Assembly (NCBI GenBank): GCA_017547175.1 | Contig: JAFYQI010000002.1 | Coordinates: 145,722-209,721, forward strand | Origin: Alistipes sp. | GTDB taxonomy: Bacteria; Bacteroidota; Bacteroidia; Bacteroidales; Rikenellaceae | Reading direction: 5' to 3' | DNA length: 64,000 nucleotides | In this document: positions 9,611 through 19,923 of the stretch, piece by piece | How positions within the stretch are numbered: the stretch's first letter is position 1 | Layout of the letters: each line of letters starts with the position of its first letter | Notes under the pieces: generated by a model | Told to the model about the DNA's origin: nothing | Seen by the model: only the letters and a program-made list of their open reading frames with translations | Database searches by the model: none | Translations under genes and position numbers: made by a program

Positions 9611-10051
9611 TTACAGAGTCTGCGTAGGTGTTATCTCAACAGGCTGGGCAGGTTCGAGCGGAGTCATCGGAACAGCATAGGGCTGCTGCTCTACGGTTAT
9701 GATGCTGTCGACGATAAACTTCGTAAAACCGCGCCACGGCAGACGACCGAAGTACTCCTTGTAGTGCAACTCGATGGTCTTGCCGCCTTGCAGCATCAAC
9801 TTCTCGGCCAGCTCGGCATTCTCAACCGAGAACTCGAATTCGTAGCTCTGAATCGAGCCAGCGGCCTGTGAGCGAATACCGGCCTGGATCAGCTTACCCT
9901 CATAGGTCTTGAAGAGCAGGCCCTTGCGGACTACATAGTTCAACTCACCACTCTTAACACCCTCGCCAAAGACGAAGTAGAAACGGAGATAGATGAACAT
10001 AAATAGGCCGATTACTACGACCAGACCCAAGATGGCGCCAAACTTTTTCAT
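9611..10051 (-). CDS. membrane-anchored hypothetical protein
   Basis: Single N-terminal TM helix (FGAILGLVVVIGLFMFIYL). GC-rich codon usage like its neighbours. Confidence 0.55.
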   Translation of the reverse strand: MKKFGAILGLVVVIGLFMFIYLRFYFVFGEGVKSGELNYVVRKGLLFKTYEGKLIQAGIRSQAAGSIQSYEFEFSVENAELAEKLMLQGGKTIELHYKEYFGRLPWRGFTKFIVDSIITVEQQPYAVPMTPLEPAQPVEITPTQTL

Positions 10052-10090
10052 ACCCTTAAGCTATTAATGTTTCGTAAATATAGTGATTTT

Positions 10091-11365
10091 TTATAAAAAA
10101 CGCGACATGCGGTAAAAAAGCGTCGGGAAATAGTCCAGGCGATCGTTGCCCAAATAGACGGCAACGACCCGCTTCACGGGATCGACAAAGACCACCTGAC
10201 CATGCAGGCCATAGGCAAAGAAGCACTCCGTGGGGACCCTCAAAGTCCAAAGGCCGTTTTCGCCCTGCGTTGCACGCATCTTGTCGATCGGATAGCCCTC
10301 TCGCTGATGTGCCGCCAACATCACTTCGGCCAGCTCCTCGGTGCGGAATTCATGGCGGTCGTCGTACTTAATACGCCCGGGCACCGTGCGCCACGAGTTC
10401 GTGTACCAGCCGTTGGCCGAAGCACACTCCTGCGAGAAGGAGCGATCGACCCACTCCTTGCTCACGATGCGCTCGCCCTCCCACTCTCCGCCATGCAGAT
10501 AAAGGCGACCGAAACGGGCCATATCGCGTGGAATGGACGAAAGACCTCCATAGGCCTTGGCGAAGCAATGCTCCTTGTCGTCGAGGTTCATCAGTGCATA
10601 GCGCTCCATGCCGATCGGCTGCCAAACCCACTCTTCGAGCAGCTCCGCGTAACGACGACCCGTAGCGCGCTCCAAGACTGCACCCAGGATGGCCGTTGCC
10701 ATCGAGTTGTATTCGAACTCCGTACCGGGCTCTTTCTTGAACTTTTGTTGCGTGATTTGGCGCTGGATGTTACGTCCGTAGTGTAGACGCGCCATTCCGC
10801 TGAAGGGATTCGAGGCGTAGTTTTCCGAGAAGGCCAGTCCGGTGCGCATGTCGAGCAGATCCTCGATCGTCAGGCGTGCGAACTCGGGCGCTTTATCGCT
10901 TAGTTCGGGCCAATACTTTGTAACGGGATCCTCCACGGTGCCGATATAACCCTTGTCGAGGGCTATGCCCACCAGGAGCGAGGTGACGGACTTCGTGACC
11001 GAAAAGACAGTCGTATGCTGATCGGGGGCCACCATGCCGCGATAGTGCTCAAAAAGAATCGTATCGTTGCGCACCACTACGATACCCGCCGAGGGGTGCT
11101 TGCTGTCGAGCGTGTCGATCATCTGACGCAGGGTCAGCGGCTCCTCACAACGAGCCACCTTTAGACGGAGCGTATCGAGCACCGAAGACTCAGCTACGGC
11201 AAAGCGGAAGGGGCTCTCTGCGGCGTGGATCGTGTCGATCGGGAAGGTCTTGAAATCGTCAATACCCTCCGTTCCATACTTCACAAAACGGTAGGCGATG
11301 CAACTCTGCATCGACGCCATCAGGACCAGACCCAAAAACAGGTTACGAATCATGTTTCGCATCAT
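10091..11365 (-). CDS. serine hydrolase, beta-lactamase/transpeptidase-like family
   Basis: SxxK motif in FSVTKSVTSLLVG, plus a signal peptide. The start overlaps the helicase stop, so a later Met is possible. Confidence 0.8.
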   Translation of the reverse strand: MMRNMIRNLFLGLVLMASMQSCIAYRFVKYGTEGIDDFKTFPIDTIHAAESPFRFAVAESSVLDTLRLKVARCEEPLTLRQMIDTLDSKHPSAGIVVVRNDTILFEHYRGMVAPDQHTTVFSVTKSVTSLLVGIALDKGYIGTVEDPVTKYWPELSDKAPEFARLTIEDLLDMRTGLAFSENYASNPFSGMARLHYGRNIQRQITQQKFKKEPGTEFEYNSMATAILGAVLERATGRRYAELLEEWVWQPIGMERYALMNLDDKEHCFAKAYGGLSSIPRDMARFGRLYLHGGEWEGERIVSKEWVDRSFSQECASANGWYTNSWRTVPGRIKYDDRHEFRTEELAEVMLAAHQREGYPIDKMRATQGENGLWTLRVPTECFFAYGLHGQVVFVDPVKRVVAVYLGNDRLDYFPTLFYRMSRFL

Positions 11366-12770
11366 CGCTTACGGGGTGATTGGTGGTGTTCTTGCGGTGA
11401 TGACGTCCGCCTCGGTGGCGACGACGTCTATCGCGCGTACCGCGATTACCCTCGCCACGCCCCTCTCCATGATTATTATCGGCAGGTATTGTATCGGTCG
11501 TAGGGGCAGCTACTGAAGATGGCTCGCCCGCCGTGCGCGGCTTGTCGCCACGACCTCTGCGCGAACGCGACTTGCCACCGCGTCCTTTACGACCCTTGCC
11601 GCCCGAACGACGTCCATCCGAGGGGTTGTAGGCCGGGCCCTCCATTCCTTCAGGAAGTTCACGCTTGCGAACCTCGCGTTCGATGAACTTCTCGATTTGG
11701 TAGAACTTCGACTGCTCCTCCTCGTTGACGAAGGTGATGGCCGCACCCGTAGCCGCCGCGCGTGCCGTACGGCCGATGCGGTGGATGTAATCTTCAGGAT
11801 CGTGCGGTACGTCGTAGTTGATGACGAGCGTAATATCCTCGATGTCGATACCGCGTGCCACAATATCCGTCGCCACAAGGATCTTCACCTTGCCGTTTTT
11901 ATAGTTGAGCATCACCTCCTCACGCTTCGGCTGATCCAAGTCGGAGTGCATGGGTGCCACGTCAAGGTGCATGCGTTTGAGCGTGTGGGCCAACTCCTTA
12001 ACCTTCTGCTTCGAGGAGGAGAAGATGAGCGCCTTCGAGTCGAAAGGCTCCTTGAAGAGCTCCTTCACGAGGTTGAGTTTCTGCGTTTCATAGCATACAT
12101 AAGCCGACTGATCAATCGCCTCGTTGGGTTTCGAGATGGCGATATTCACCTCCACCGGATCGCGCAGAATCGTCTTTGCCAACTCCCGAATTTTCGGAGG
12201 CAAGGTAGCCGAAAAGAGCAGTGTCTGACGCTCTTTCGGCGTGTAGGAGATAATCTTCAAAATATCCTCCGAAAAACCCATATCAAGCATGCGGTCGGCC
12301 TCATCAAGGATCAAATAACTCACCTTCGACAGATCGATACCGCTATTTTGCAAGTGTGAGATCATGCGTCCCGGAGTGGCAATTACGACATCCGAGCCCA
12401 TCAACATACCTCGCTTCTGCACATCCCAGCCTTTGCCGTCACCACCACCATAAACCACCGTTGTCGAGACAGGCAGGTAGTAGGAGAAACCCTGGAACTG
12501 CTGATCGATCTGTTGCGCCAATTCGCGCGTGGGGACAATGATGAGCGCTTTGACTACATTATCGGGATTTCCCTCCAGGAGCAGGCGATTCAACAAAGGC
12601 AACGTATAGGCTGCCGTCTTTCCTGTACCGGTTTGGGCGCAACCAATGATATCGTGACCCTCGAGGATAACGGGAATCGTATGCTCTTGCACCGGAGTCA
12701 TCTCCTCAAAGTGCATATCCCAAAGACCGTCCAGGATCTCGTCCTCCAAATCTAACTCATCAAATCGCAT
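11343..12770 (-). CDS. DEAD-box ATP-dependent RNA helicase with Arg/Gly/His-rich C-terminal tail
   Basis: AQTGTGKT, DEAD, SAT and HRIGRTAR motifs. About 110 aa of basic low-complexity tail. Confidence 0.9.
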   Translation of the reverse strand: MRFDELDLEDEILDGLWDMHFEEMTPVQEHTIPVILEGHDIIGCAQTGTGKTAAYTLPLLNRLLLEGNPDNVVKALIIVPTRELAQQIDQQFQGFSYYLPVSTTVVYGGGDGKGWDVQKRGMLMGSDVVIATPGRMISHLQNSGIDLSKVSYLILDEADRMLDMGFSEDILKIISYTPKERQTLLFSATLPPKIRELAKTILRDPVEVNIAISKPNEAIDQSAYVCYETQKLNLVKELFKEPFDSKALIFSSSKQKVKELAHTLKRMHLDVAPMHSDLDQPKREEVMLNYKNGKVKILVATDIVARGIDIEDITLVINYDVPHDPEDYIHRIGRTARAAATGAAITFVNEEEQSKFYQIEKFIEREVRKRELPEGMEGPAYNPSDGRRSGGKGRKGRGGKSRSRRGRGDKPRTAGEPSSVAAPTTDTIPADNNHGEGRGEGNRGTRDRRRRHRGGRHHRKNTTNHPVSDDAKHDS

Positions 12771-12778
12771 AGCAGACG

Positions 12779-14134
12779 TTACTTAATCTCTTCACCGAAG
12801 AGGGTTGCCGAGGTACAACGAACAATGCGAACACGTACGTACTCACCCGCCTGATGACCGTTATTGTCGAAGACTACCATCTTATTTTGCGAGGTACGAC
12901 CGCAAAGTTGGGCCTCGCTGCGACGCGAAGTACCCTCAACCAGCACCTCGAACTCCTTGCCCACATCACGGCGATAGCTCTCCAGACCCAGGTCGTTCTG
13001 CAGGGCGATGATCTCCTGCAGACGACGCGACTTCACCTCATCGGGTACATCGTCGCCCAAGTTGCGTTGTGCAAAGGTGCCCGGACGCTCCGAATATTTG
13101 AACATGAAGGCAAAATCGTAACCCACCTCACGCATGAGCGAGAGGGTATCTTGATGCTCCTCCTCCGTCTCGCCCGCAAAGCCGGCAATCAGGTCGGTCG
13201 TGATGGCGCAATCGGGCATATAGCGACGAATCGCTGCAATGCGATCCAGATACCATTCACGGGTATATTTGCGGTTCATGCGTTCAAGCATCGTGGTCGA
13301 GCCAGATTGCGCGGGCAGGTGAATCGAGCGGCAGATATTGGATTTCGAGGCCATCACTTCGAGCAGTTTATCGCTCATATCCTTCGGGTGAGAGGTGGCA
13401 AAGCGGACACGTAGCGCAGGCGAAATCTCGGCCACGCGACGCATCAACTCGGGAAAATCAACCTCCCCCCAGCAGTATGAATTGACATTCTGTCCCAGGA
13501 GCGTCACTTCGCGATAACCATTCTCGAAGAGCTGACGAGCCTCATTGAGAATCGTCTCAGCATCACGACTGCGCTCACGGCCACGCGTATAGGGGACCAC
13601 GCAATACGAGCAGAAGTTGTTGCAACCGCGCATAATCGAGATGAAGGCACTCACGCCGTTCTTGTCGATGCGTACGGGAGCAATCTCAGCATAGGTCTCC
13701 TCGGTCGAGAGCAGAACGTTTACACCCTGCTGACCCGCCTCAGCGGCACGCAGCAGATTCGGTAGATCGCGATAAGCATCCGGACCGGCCACTACATCGA
13801 CACCCGTCTCGGGCTTGAGCAGGGCCTCGTTCAGGCGCTCGGCCATACAGCCTACAATACCCACGATGAGGCTCGGCTTCTGTTTCTTGAGGCGACGCAT
13901 CTCGGACAGGCGGCCCCAAATGCGCTGCTCGGCATTGTCACGGATCGAGCAGGTGTTAATCAGAATCACATCTGCCTCCGTTTGGATCTCGGTATAGCGA
14001 TAGCCGTGCTGCTGCAGAATCGAAATGATCAGCTCCGAGTCACCAACATTCATTTGGCAACCATAGGTCTCGATAAAGAGTTTGCGTCCCTCACCCGTAA
14101 GCGGTCGAAGTTGATTGTATTGAATTGTACTCAA
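12779..14134 (-). CDS. miaB: tRNA-2-methylthio-N6-dimethylallyladenosine synthase
   Basis: FIETYGCQMNVGDSE N-terminal domain, radical-SAM CNNFCSYC, C-terminal TRAM domain. Confidence 0.9.
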   Translation of the reverse strand: MSTIQYNQLRPLTGEGRKLFIETYGCQMNVGDSELIISILQQHGYRYTEIQTEADVILINTCSIRDNAEQRIWGRLSEMRRLKKQKPSLIVGIVGCMAERLNEALLKPETGVDVVAGPDAYRDLPNLLRAAEAGQQGVNVLLSTEETYAEIAPVRIDKNGVSAFISIMRGCNNFCSYCVVPYTRGRERSRDAETILNEARQLFENGYREVTLLGQNVNSYCWGEVDFPELMRRVAEISPALRVRFATSHPKDMSDKLLEVMASKSNICRSIHLPAQSGSTTMLERMNRKYTREWYLDRIAAIRRYMPDCAITTDLIAGFAGETEEEHQDTLSLMREVGYDFAFMFKYSERPGTFAQRNLGDDVPDEVKSRRLQEIIALQNDLGLESYRRDVGKEFEVLVEGTSRRSEAQLCGRTSQNKMVVFDNNGHQAGEYVRVRIVRCTSATLFGEEIK

Positions 14135-14173
14135 TGTCTATCTGTTTTTAATCGTCCAATTTTACATTTCTTG

Positions 14174-15157
14174 CTACTCAGCCTGGAGAGCATCATCGTC
14201 GGGGAAAGGTTTAAAACCTTCACCGTAAGTATCATAAGCGTCGGTTACCACCAAGAAAGCTCTGGGGTCAAACTGTTTGATCTTTTGTTGTACCTGACGC
14301 ACCTCTTTACGGCTGATGACCAAGAAAATCATCTCACGCTCGGCATCTGTATACATTCCTCGAGCTCGGATGTAGGTTGCACTACGCTCCAAATCTTCCA
14401 AGATAAAACGCTTCAGCTCCTCATGGTTGTCGGTTATAATAAACAGCAGTTTATCATACGAGGCACCATCGAGCACATAGGCCAACATGCGCGACGAGGC
14501 GTAGATGATCAATAACGAATAGATCGTCAAGAGCCATCCCGAAGGATCAGGTTCTCCGACAAAGAGGCCGAAACCGATCACCAATAGACCGGCCAACACC
14601 ACAAAGCCGTCCGCATAGAACACGCCGGACGAGAACTTTATGCCACAATACTTGTTCAAAAGCATGGCTACGATATCCGTACCACCTGTCGTAGCCTGTT
14701 GACGTACTACGATACCCACACCGACACCAATCAGAATAGAGCCCAACAGGCCGGCCATCATCAGATCGTTCGACAGGTTGAGATTACCTCCCAGCAGCAA
14801 CGCCGGATCGAGCGATTCTACCGCTTCACGCGAAGGATAGACCATGGTCGTAAGCAGGTTCATGAAGCCGGGCGTATAGGCCGCAGCGACAATCGTACGG
14901 GCACCGAACTTACCACCAAAAATCAAGACGGCCGCAATCATCAGCGGAATATCGAACATATAGCCAAAAGTACCCACCTGTATCGAAGGGAAAATATTGT
15001 GGAGCACGACGGCCAGACCGTAAACACCGCCCGGAACAAAATTATAGGGATTGATAAAAAGGACAAAAGCAGCACCCATAATACTGCATCCCAGGAAGAT
15101 AAGCAGCCACGAACGAATCGTTTGCCATGCTGCTTTCACGGAAAATTGATGTTTCAT
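14174..15157 (-). CDS. YitT family membrane protein (DUF2179 C-terminal domain)
   Basis: Multi-pass N-terminal region followed by a soluble C-terminal domain typical of YitT. Confidence 0.75.
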   Translation of the reverse strand: MKHQFSVKAAWQTIRSWLLIFLGCSIMGAAFVLFINPYNFVPGGVYGLAVVLHNIFPSIQVGTFGYMFDIPLMIAAVLIFGGKFGARTIVAAAYTPGFMNLLTTMVYPSREAVESLDPALLLGGNLNLSNDLMMAGLLGSILIGVGVGIVVRQQATTGGTDIVAMLLNKYCGIKFSSGVFYADGFVVLAGLLVIGFGLFVGEPDPSGWLLTIYSLLIIYASSRMLAYVLDGASYDKLLFIITDNHEELKRFILEDLERSATYIRARGMYTDAEREMIFLVISRKEVRQVQQKIKQFDPRAFLVVTDAYDTYGEGFKPFPDDDALQAE

Positions 15158-15334
15158 ATACCGAGATATTTGATGGATTGATTGTGTTATATACTTTGTT
15201 ATATATTAGGGCAAATATACGATATTTCTGCGAAATCACGGGTAAGAGTGCACTTTTTTTCGTTTAATCCTACCTTCAAGCGCGTTTTTCCCATTTTTTT
15301 TGTATCTTTGTCGTATAATGTATATCAAAAAGCC

Positions 15335-16099
15335 ATGATTTTAACTTATTATATCGTCATAACGCTCCTCATCATCGCCTACTTGCTTGGCTCAATTCCT
15401 AGCGCCGTATGGATCGGCAAGAGGTATTACGGAATCGACATTCGCGAACACGGCTCAAAAAATGCCGGCACGACCAATATGTTGCGTGTATTGGGTCGCC
15501 GTGCCGCCATTCCTGTTTTTGCCCTCGATTTCTTGAAAGGTTTTGTTGCTGTTACGATTATCGATTTGGTTAAATACGACGATATATTTGCATACGCCCC
15601 CAATGAAAACGGATTTTACATCCTGCGTTTTGCAGCCCTCTTCTGTGCCGTAATCGGCCATATATTCCCCATTTTTGCGGGATTTAGAGGTGGTAAAGGC
15701 GTGGCTACATTGGTGGGCGGTGTAGTAGCAGTCAATGCCCCGCTGGTACTGCTCTGCGCCGGTGTTTGGCTCATCGTTCTGATGGTAACGCACTATGTTT
15801 CGCTCGCCTCGATGATTGCCGGTATTTGTTATCCGATATTTACACTTACCTCTCCCAAGGTAGGCCATCTTCCTCCTTTTATCATCTTCTCGTTTGTGGT
15901 GGCTATCCTGTTGATCTACACCCACCGCAAAAATATCAAGCGTCTGAAAGAGGGTACCGAATCGAAGATTTATGTTTGGAAACCACGCAAGGTACGTGAC
16001 CAGGAGGCTCAAGCTCTTGCTCAGACACCGGAAGAGGAGAGTCTAGAAGAGGCGATCGAAGAGCTCGTTGATGAGTTCAAAGAGGATAATCAACGTTAA
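15335..16099 (+). CDS. plsY: glycerol-3-phosphate acyltransferase PlsY
   Basis: LLGSIPSAVWIGK...HGSKNAGTTN...FRGGKGVAT. ATG at 15335 chosen; the upstream 51 codons of the track ORF lie in promoter DNA. Confidence 0.9.
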   Translation: MILTYYIVITLLIIAYLLGSIPSAVWIGKRYYGIDIREHGSKNAGTTNMLRVLGRRAAIPVFALDFLKGFVAVTIIDLVKYDDIFAYAPNENGFYILRFAALFCAVIGHIFPIFAGFRGGKGVATLVGGVVAVNAPLVLLCAGVWLIVLMVTHYVSLASMIAGICYPIFTLTSPKVGHLPPFIIFSFVVAILLIYTHRKNIKRLKEGTESKIYVWKPRKVRDQEAQALAQTPEEESLEEAIEELVDEFKEDNQR

Positions 16100-16141
16100 T
16101 TTTTACTCGATTTTTTCATTACAAGATAGACTTTATTCCCT

Positions 16142-17839
16142 ATGCAAGACAACGTAATCAAAATCTTTGAGAACAGTTTTCGCGAGCATCGCGAAATGTC
16201 GGCTTTGACCGACTACTTCAAAGGGGAGACCTTCTCCTATTACGAACTGGCAAAGGAAATTGCCAAACTGCACTTATTGTTTAAAGAGGCAGGTATCAAA
16301 CAGGGTGACAAGATTGCACTGATTGGACGTAACAACCCCCGTTGGTGTATTACCTGGTTAGCAACTGTGACTTATGGAGCTGTAATCGTTCCGATTCTTC
16401 AAGATTTTGCCCCCACTGATGTCATCCACATCATCAACCACTCGGAGAGCCGCTTGTTGTTCCTGGGTGATAATTTCTGGGACAACATCGAGGAGGATCA
16501 GATCGAGAAGATTGAGGCTGTATTCTCGCTCACCGATTTCCATGCCATCTTCGAGCGCAAAGGCGAGAAGCTGACCAACTTCCAGAAAGACATCAAGAAG
16601 GCCTACCGCAAAGCCTATCCGCGCGGATTCAACGTAGAAGATATCAAATATGTTGAAGTGGAGGACGACCAGCTGTTGTTGCTGAACTATACGTCGGGTA
16701 CAACGGGTTATTCGAAGGGTGTTATGCTCACCTGTGAGAACCTCACGGGTAACGTCTTGATGGGCTTCGAGGCAACGAATCCCGAAACGGGCGAGCTCTA
16801 CTTTCAGAAGGGCTTCCGCATTCTTTCGTTCCTGCCGCTGGCTCACGCCTTTGGTTGCGCCTTCGATTTCATTGCGGCCATGGCGCGCGGTATGCACGTG
16901 ACGCTGCTGGGTAAAATGCCTTCGCCGAAGATTCTGATCGAGGCTCTGGGCAACGTTCGCCCGAATATAATCTTGGCCGTGCCCCTGATCTTGGACAAGA
17001 TCTATCGCAAGCAGATTTTGCCCATGTTGGAGCAGGGGCCCATGTCGATTGCCATGAAGTTGCCCCTGATCAATACGGCCATCTATTCGGTGATTCGCAA
17101 GAAGCTGATGGATACCTTCGGTGGTGCCTGCGCCATCTTCATCGTGGGTGGTGCTCCGATGAACCAGGAGACTGAGGCCTTCCTGCGCAAGATCAACTTC
17201 CCGCTCACGGTAGGTTACGGTATGACCGAGTGCGGCCCGCTGATCAGCTTCACACCCGCCCCGGAGTACAAGTTGGGCTCGTGCGGTCGCTACATCTCGG
17301 CACGCTTGGAGTGTAAGATCGACTCAAACGATCCGGAGAAGGTTGCCGGTGAGATTTTGGTACGTGGAGGTCACGTCATGAAGGGCTACTACAAGAATCC
17401 CGCAGCCACCAAGAAGGTGCTCGAGAAGGATGGTTGGCTCCACACGGGCGACATGGGTACGATGGATGCCGATGGTACGCTCTATATCCGTGGTCGCTCG
17501 AAGACGATGATTCTCTCGGCTAACGGCCAGAATATCTATCCCGAGGAGATCGAGGACCAGCTCAACAATATGTATATGGTACTCGAGTCACTCGTATTGG
17601 ATGCAGGTGGTGGTCGCCTGAAGGCCCTCGTGGTACCTGACTATGAGTTGGCCGAGAAGGAGGGTGTCAAGAAAGAGGATCTGCCCGAGATTATCCAGAA
17701 CAACATGAAGGAGCTCAACCAGCAGTTGGCTGCTTATCAGCGTTTGGCTGAGGTGGTACTCTATCCCAAGGAGTTTGAGAAGACCCCGAAGCGTTCGATC
17801 AAGCGCTATCTGTACGATACGACGCTGCTCAACAAATAA
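16142..17839 (+). CDS. AMP-dependent synthetase / long-chain fatty-acid-CoA ligase
   Basis: AMP-binding motif LNYTSGTTGYSKGVML, and GYGMTE, GWLHTGD. Confidence 0.85.
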   Translation: MQDNVIKIFENSFREHREMSALTDYFKGETFSYYELAKEIAKLHLLFKEAGIKQGDKIALIGRNNPRWCITWLATVTYGAVIVPILQDFAPTDVIHIINHSESRLLFLGDNFWDNIEEDQIEKIEAVFSLTDFHAIFERKGEKLTNFQKDIKKAYRKAYPRGFNVEDIKYVEVEDDQLLLLNYTSGTTGYSKGVMLTCENLTGNVLMGFEATNPETGELYFQKGFRILSFLPLAHAFGCAFDFIAAMARGMHVTLLGKMPSPKILIEALGNVRPNIILAVPLILDKIYRKQILPMLEQGPMSIAMKLPLINTAIYSVIRKKLMDTFGGACAIFIVGGAPMNQETEAFLRKINFPLTVGYGMTECGPLISFTPAPEYKLGSCGRYISARLECKIDSNDPEKVAGEILVRGGHVMKGYYKNPAATKKVLEKDGWLHTGDMGTMDADGTLYIRGRSKTMILSANGQNIYPEEIEDQLNNMYMVLESLVLDAGGGRLKALVVPDYELAEKEGVKKEDLPEIIQNNMKELNQQLAAYQRLAEVVLYPKEFEKTPKRSIKRYLYDTTLLNK

Positions 17840-17860
17840 AGTCGGCAGATGTTCGCATAA

Positions 17861-17893
17861 AAAGGTTGCTCCAAAAAAGGGCAACCTTTTTTA
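17861..17893 (+). terminator. rho-independent terminator
   Basis: AAAGGTTGC ... GCAACCTTT followed by TTTATTT. Confidence 0.6.
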
Positions 17894-17951
17894 TTTATAG
17901 CTGAATTTTATTACCTTTGTTTATTACTTATCTCTTTTTGGGGCTGGAAAG

Positions 17952-18986
17952 ATGAAGATTGGAAAAAAATATGCGTTGGGCGAGAACTTACTCTATGCTT
18001 TGGTATGGGCCACCATTATCCTGGTGCCGATCCTCAATGCACAGATGCTCTCTGAGATGTATTTCGACACCAAGGAGGCATGGATCGTATGGCGACAGCT
18101 TATTCCCTTCTTTGCAATCTTCCTCATTCACAACACATTTATCGCTCCTCAATACCTATTGAGCGGACGATATGCCCTCTATCTATTGATCAATATCATC
18201 TTCGTAACGGTTGTTTTTATCATCATCTACCTTTACGAGATGAACATCGGCTACACAGCCGGCTATGGCTCATTCACAAACTACGAAATCTATTGGAATA
18301 TCCTCTTTGCGCTCTTTATGAACGGCACAAACGGAGGCATTAAACTGCTCTACAAATCCCTAATTGATGAGGAGCAGATGCTCCGTTTGAAGGAGGAGAA
18401 TTTGCGGGCAGAGATGGTATCACTCAAATACCAAATCAACCCTCATTTCTTCATGAACACGCTCAACAACATCCATGCGTTGATCGATATTGATCGTGAA
18501 GCTGCCAAATCGGCCGTCATTGATCTTTCGAAGATGATGCGTTATGTGCTTTATGATTCGGAACGTGAAACCATCTCGCTGACTCACGACTTGCAATTCA
18601 TGAAGAACTATATCGAATTGATGCGCATCCGCTATTCAGAGGAGGTAACCATCACGATTGATTATCCACATGAGATGCCTGACAAAGTTGCCATTCCGCC
18701 CCTGTTGCTCATTGTTTTTGTCGAGAATGCCTTCAAGCACGGAGTGAGTTCCAACCAAAAATCCTTTATTCACATCTCGCTCTTCTATGCCGATGGAATC
18801 TTGACATCTATCATTAGCAACAGCCGAACCAATAAAGCGGAAGCCAATAGGCGCGCTGGTATCGGATTAGAAAATGTACGCAAACGCCTCGATCTGATCT
18901 ATGGTCCGGAGGGCTACTCGCTCGATATCGTCGAGGAGACGCAACGTTATACCGTAAAACTCGTAATACCTACTCTCCATGCTTAG
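17952..18986 (+). CDS. LytS/YehU-type sensor histidine kinase
   Basis: Membrane N-terminal region. His_kinase block LKYQINPHFFMNTLNNIHALI. HATPase-like C-terminus. Confidence 0.85.
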   Translation: MKIGKKYALGENLLYALVWATIILVPILNAQMLSEMYFDTKEAWIVWRQLIPFFAIFLIHNTFIAPQYLLSGRYALYLLINIIFVTVVFIIIYLYEMNIGYTAGYGSFTNYEIYWNILFALFMNGTNGGIKLLYKSLIDEEQMLRLKEENLRAEMVSLKYQINPHFFMNTLNNIHALIDIDREAAKSAVIDLSKMMRYVLYDSERETISLTHDLQFMKNYIELMRIRYSEEVTITIDYPHEMPDKVAIPPLLLIVFVENAFKHGVSSNQKSFIHISLFYADGILTSIISNSRTNKAEANRRAGIGLENVRKRLDLIYGPEGYSLDIVEETQRYTVKLVIPTLHA

Positions 18987-19782
18987 ATGTATAGCCATTG
19001 ATGACGAACCGTTGGCACTGCGCCAATTGGCAACCTATATTGCCAAGATTCCCTACCTGGAGTTGGTGGCAAGCTGCAAGAATGCGCTCGATGCCCAACA
19101 AATCATCACTAGCGAGGCGATTGATCTTATATTTGTTGATATCAACATGCCCGATCTGAATGGCGTGGATTTCGTTCGTTCAATGACTGGCAGTCGCCCC
19201 ATGGTGATCTTCACAACAGCCTATTCGGAGTATGCGATCGAAGGGTTCCGTCTTGATGCAGTAGACTATCTGCTGAAGCCCTTTTCAATGGCCGACTTCA
19301 GCCGTGCAACAGCCAAAGCCAATGCACTATTCGAACTCAAGCAACAAGCACAACGCAACAGCGAATCGCCGACTCCATCCCTCGCGCCAACGGAGACCAC
19401 CCCTGCGCCCCTCGAACAAGAGTTACCGCAACCGGTTGTTGGGAATGAAGAGCAGGAATTCATATCGGTCAAATCCGATTATAAGCTGTCGCTCATCCGC
19501 ATCGACGAGATAGTCTACATTGAGAGTGAAGGTGAGTATGTGCGTATTCATCTTGCCGACGGGCAAAAGGTGACCACCCTCTACCGCATGAAAAACATGG
19601 AGGCCGAACTACCGTCGAGTCGTTTCATGCGTATTCATCGCTCTTACATCGTCAACTTGAAGGCGGTCCGCAGCTATATGCGTGGTCGAATCTACCTCAA
19701 CGAAAAGGATTATCTTCCAATCGGCGAGAATTACAAAGAGGCTTTCCAACGCTACATCGGAAAAACGTATAAAAACCTATAA
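18979..19782 (+). CDS. LytTR-family response regulator
   Basis: Receiver domain (IAIDDEPLAL...DINMPDLNG) and LytTR domain (FMRIHRSYIVNL). Overlaps the kinase stop by 8 nt. Confidence 0.9.
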   Translation: MLRCIAIDDEPLALRQLATYIAKIPYLELVASCKNALDAQQIITSEAIDLIFVDINMPDLNGVDFVRSMTGSRPMVIFTTAYSEYAIEGFRLDAVDYLLKPFSMADFSRATAKANALFELKQQAQRNSESPTPSLAPTETTPAPLEQELPQPVVGNEEQEFISVKSDYKLSLIRIDEIVYIESEGEYVRIHLADGQKVTTLYRMKNMEAELPSSRFMRIHRSYIVNLKAVRSYMRGRIYLNEKDYLPIGENYKEAFQRYIGKTYKNL

Positions 19783-19785
19783 CCC

Positions 19786-19902
19786 ATGAAACACGAAGAG
19801 ATCTACATGGCACCCGATCTGGAGGTGCTTGAAATTGCCGTTGAGCAAGGTTTTGCTGCCTCGCAGCTGGAGAGTCCCGAAGAGGAAGAGGGCGAATGGT
19901 AA
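19786..19902 (+). CDS. candidate 38-aa acidic small protein (MKHEEIYMAPDLEVLEIAVEQGFAASQLESPEEEEGEW)
   Basis: ATG lies 4 nt after the regulator stop and TAA lies 22 nt before the lipoprotein ATG. Below the ORF-track cut-off. Backbone-like codon usage. Confidence 0.3.
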   Translation: MKHEEIYMAPDLEVLEIAVEQGFAASQLESPEEEEGEW

Positions 19903-19923
19903 ACTAAAAACTAACCCAAAATC

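Noticed and set aside
15182-15334. N-terminal extensions of plsY (15182), the GH2-like gene (22454) and the HIRAN gene (37160) as given in the ORF track
   Set aside because: The extensions run through promoter or divergent-gene sequence and use non-ATG starts. Internal ATGs give canonical N-termini: a TM helix, a signal peptide and a start just after a -7 box, respectively.
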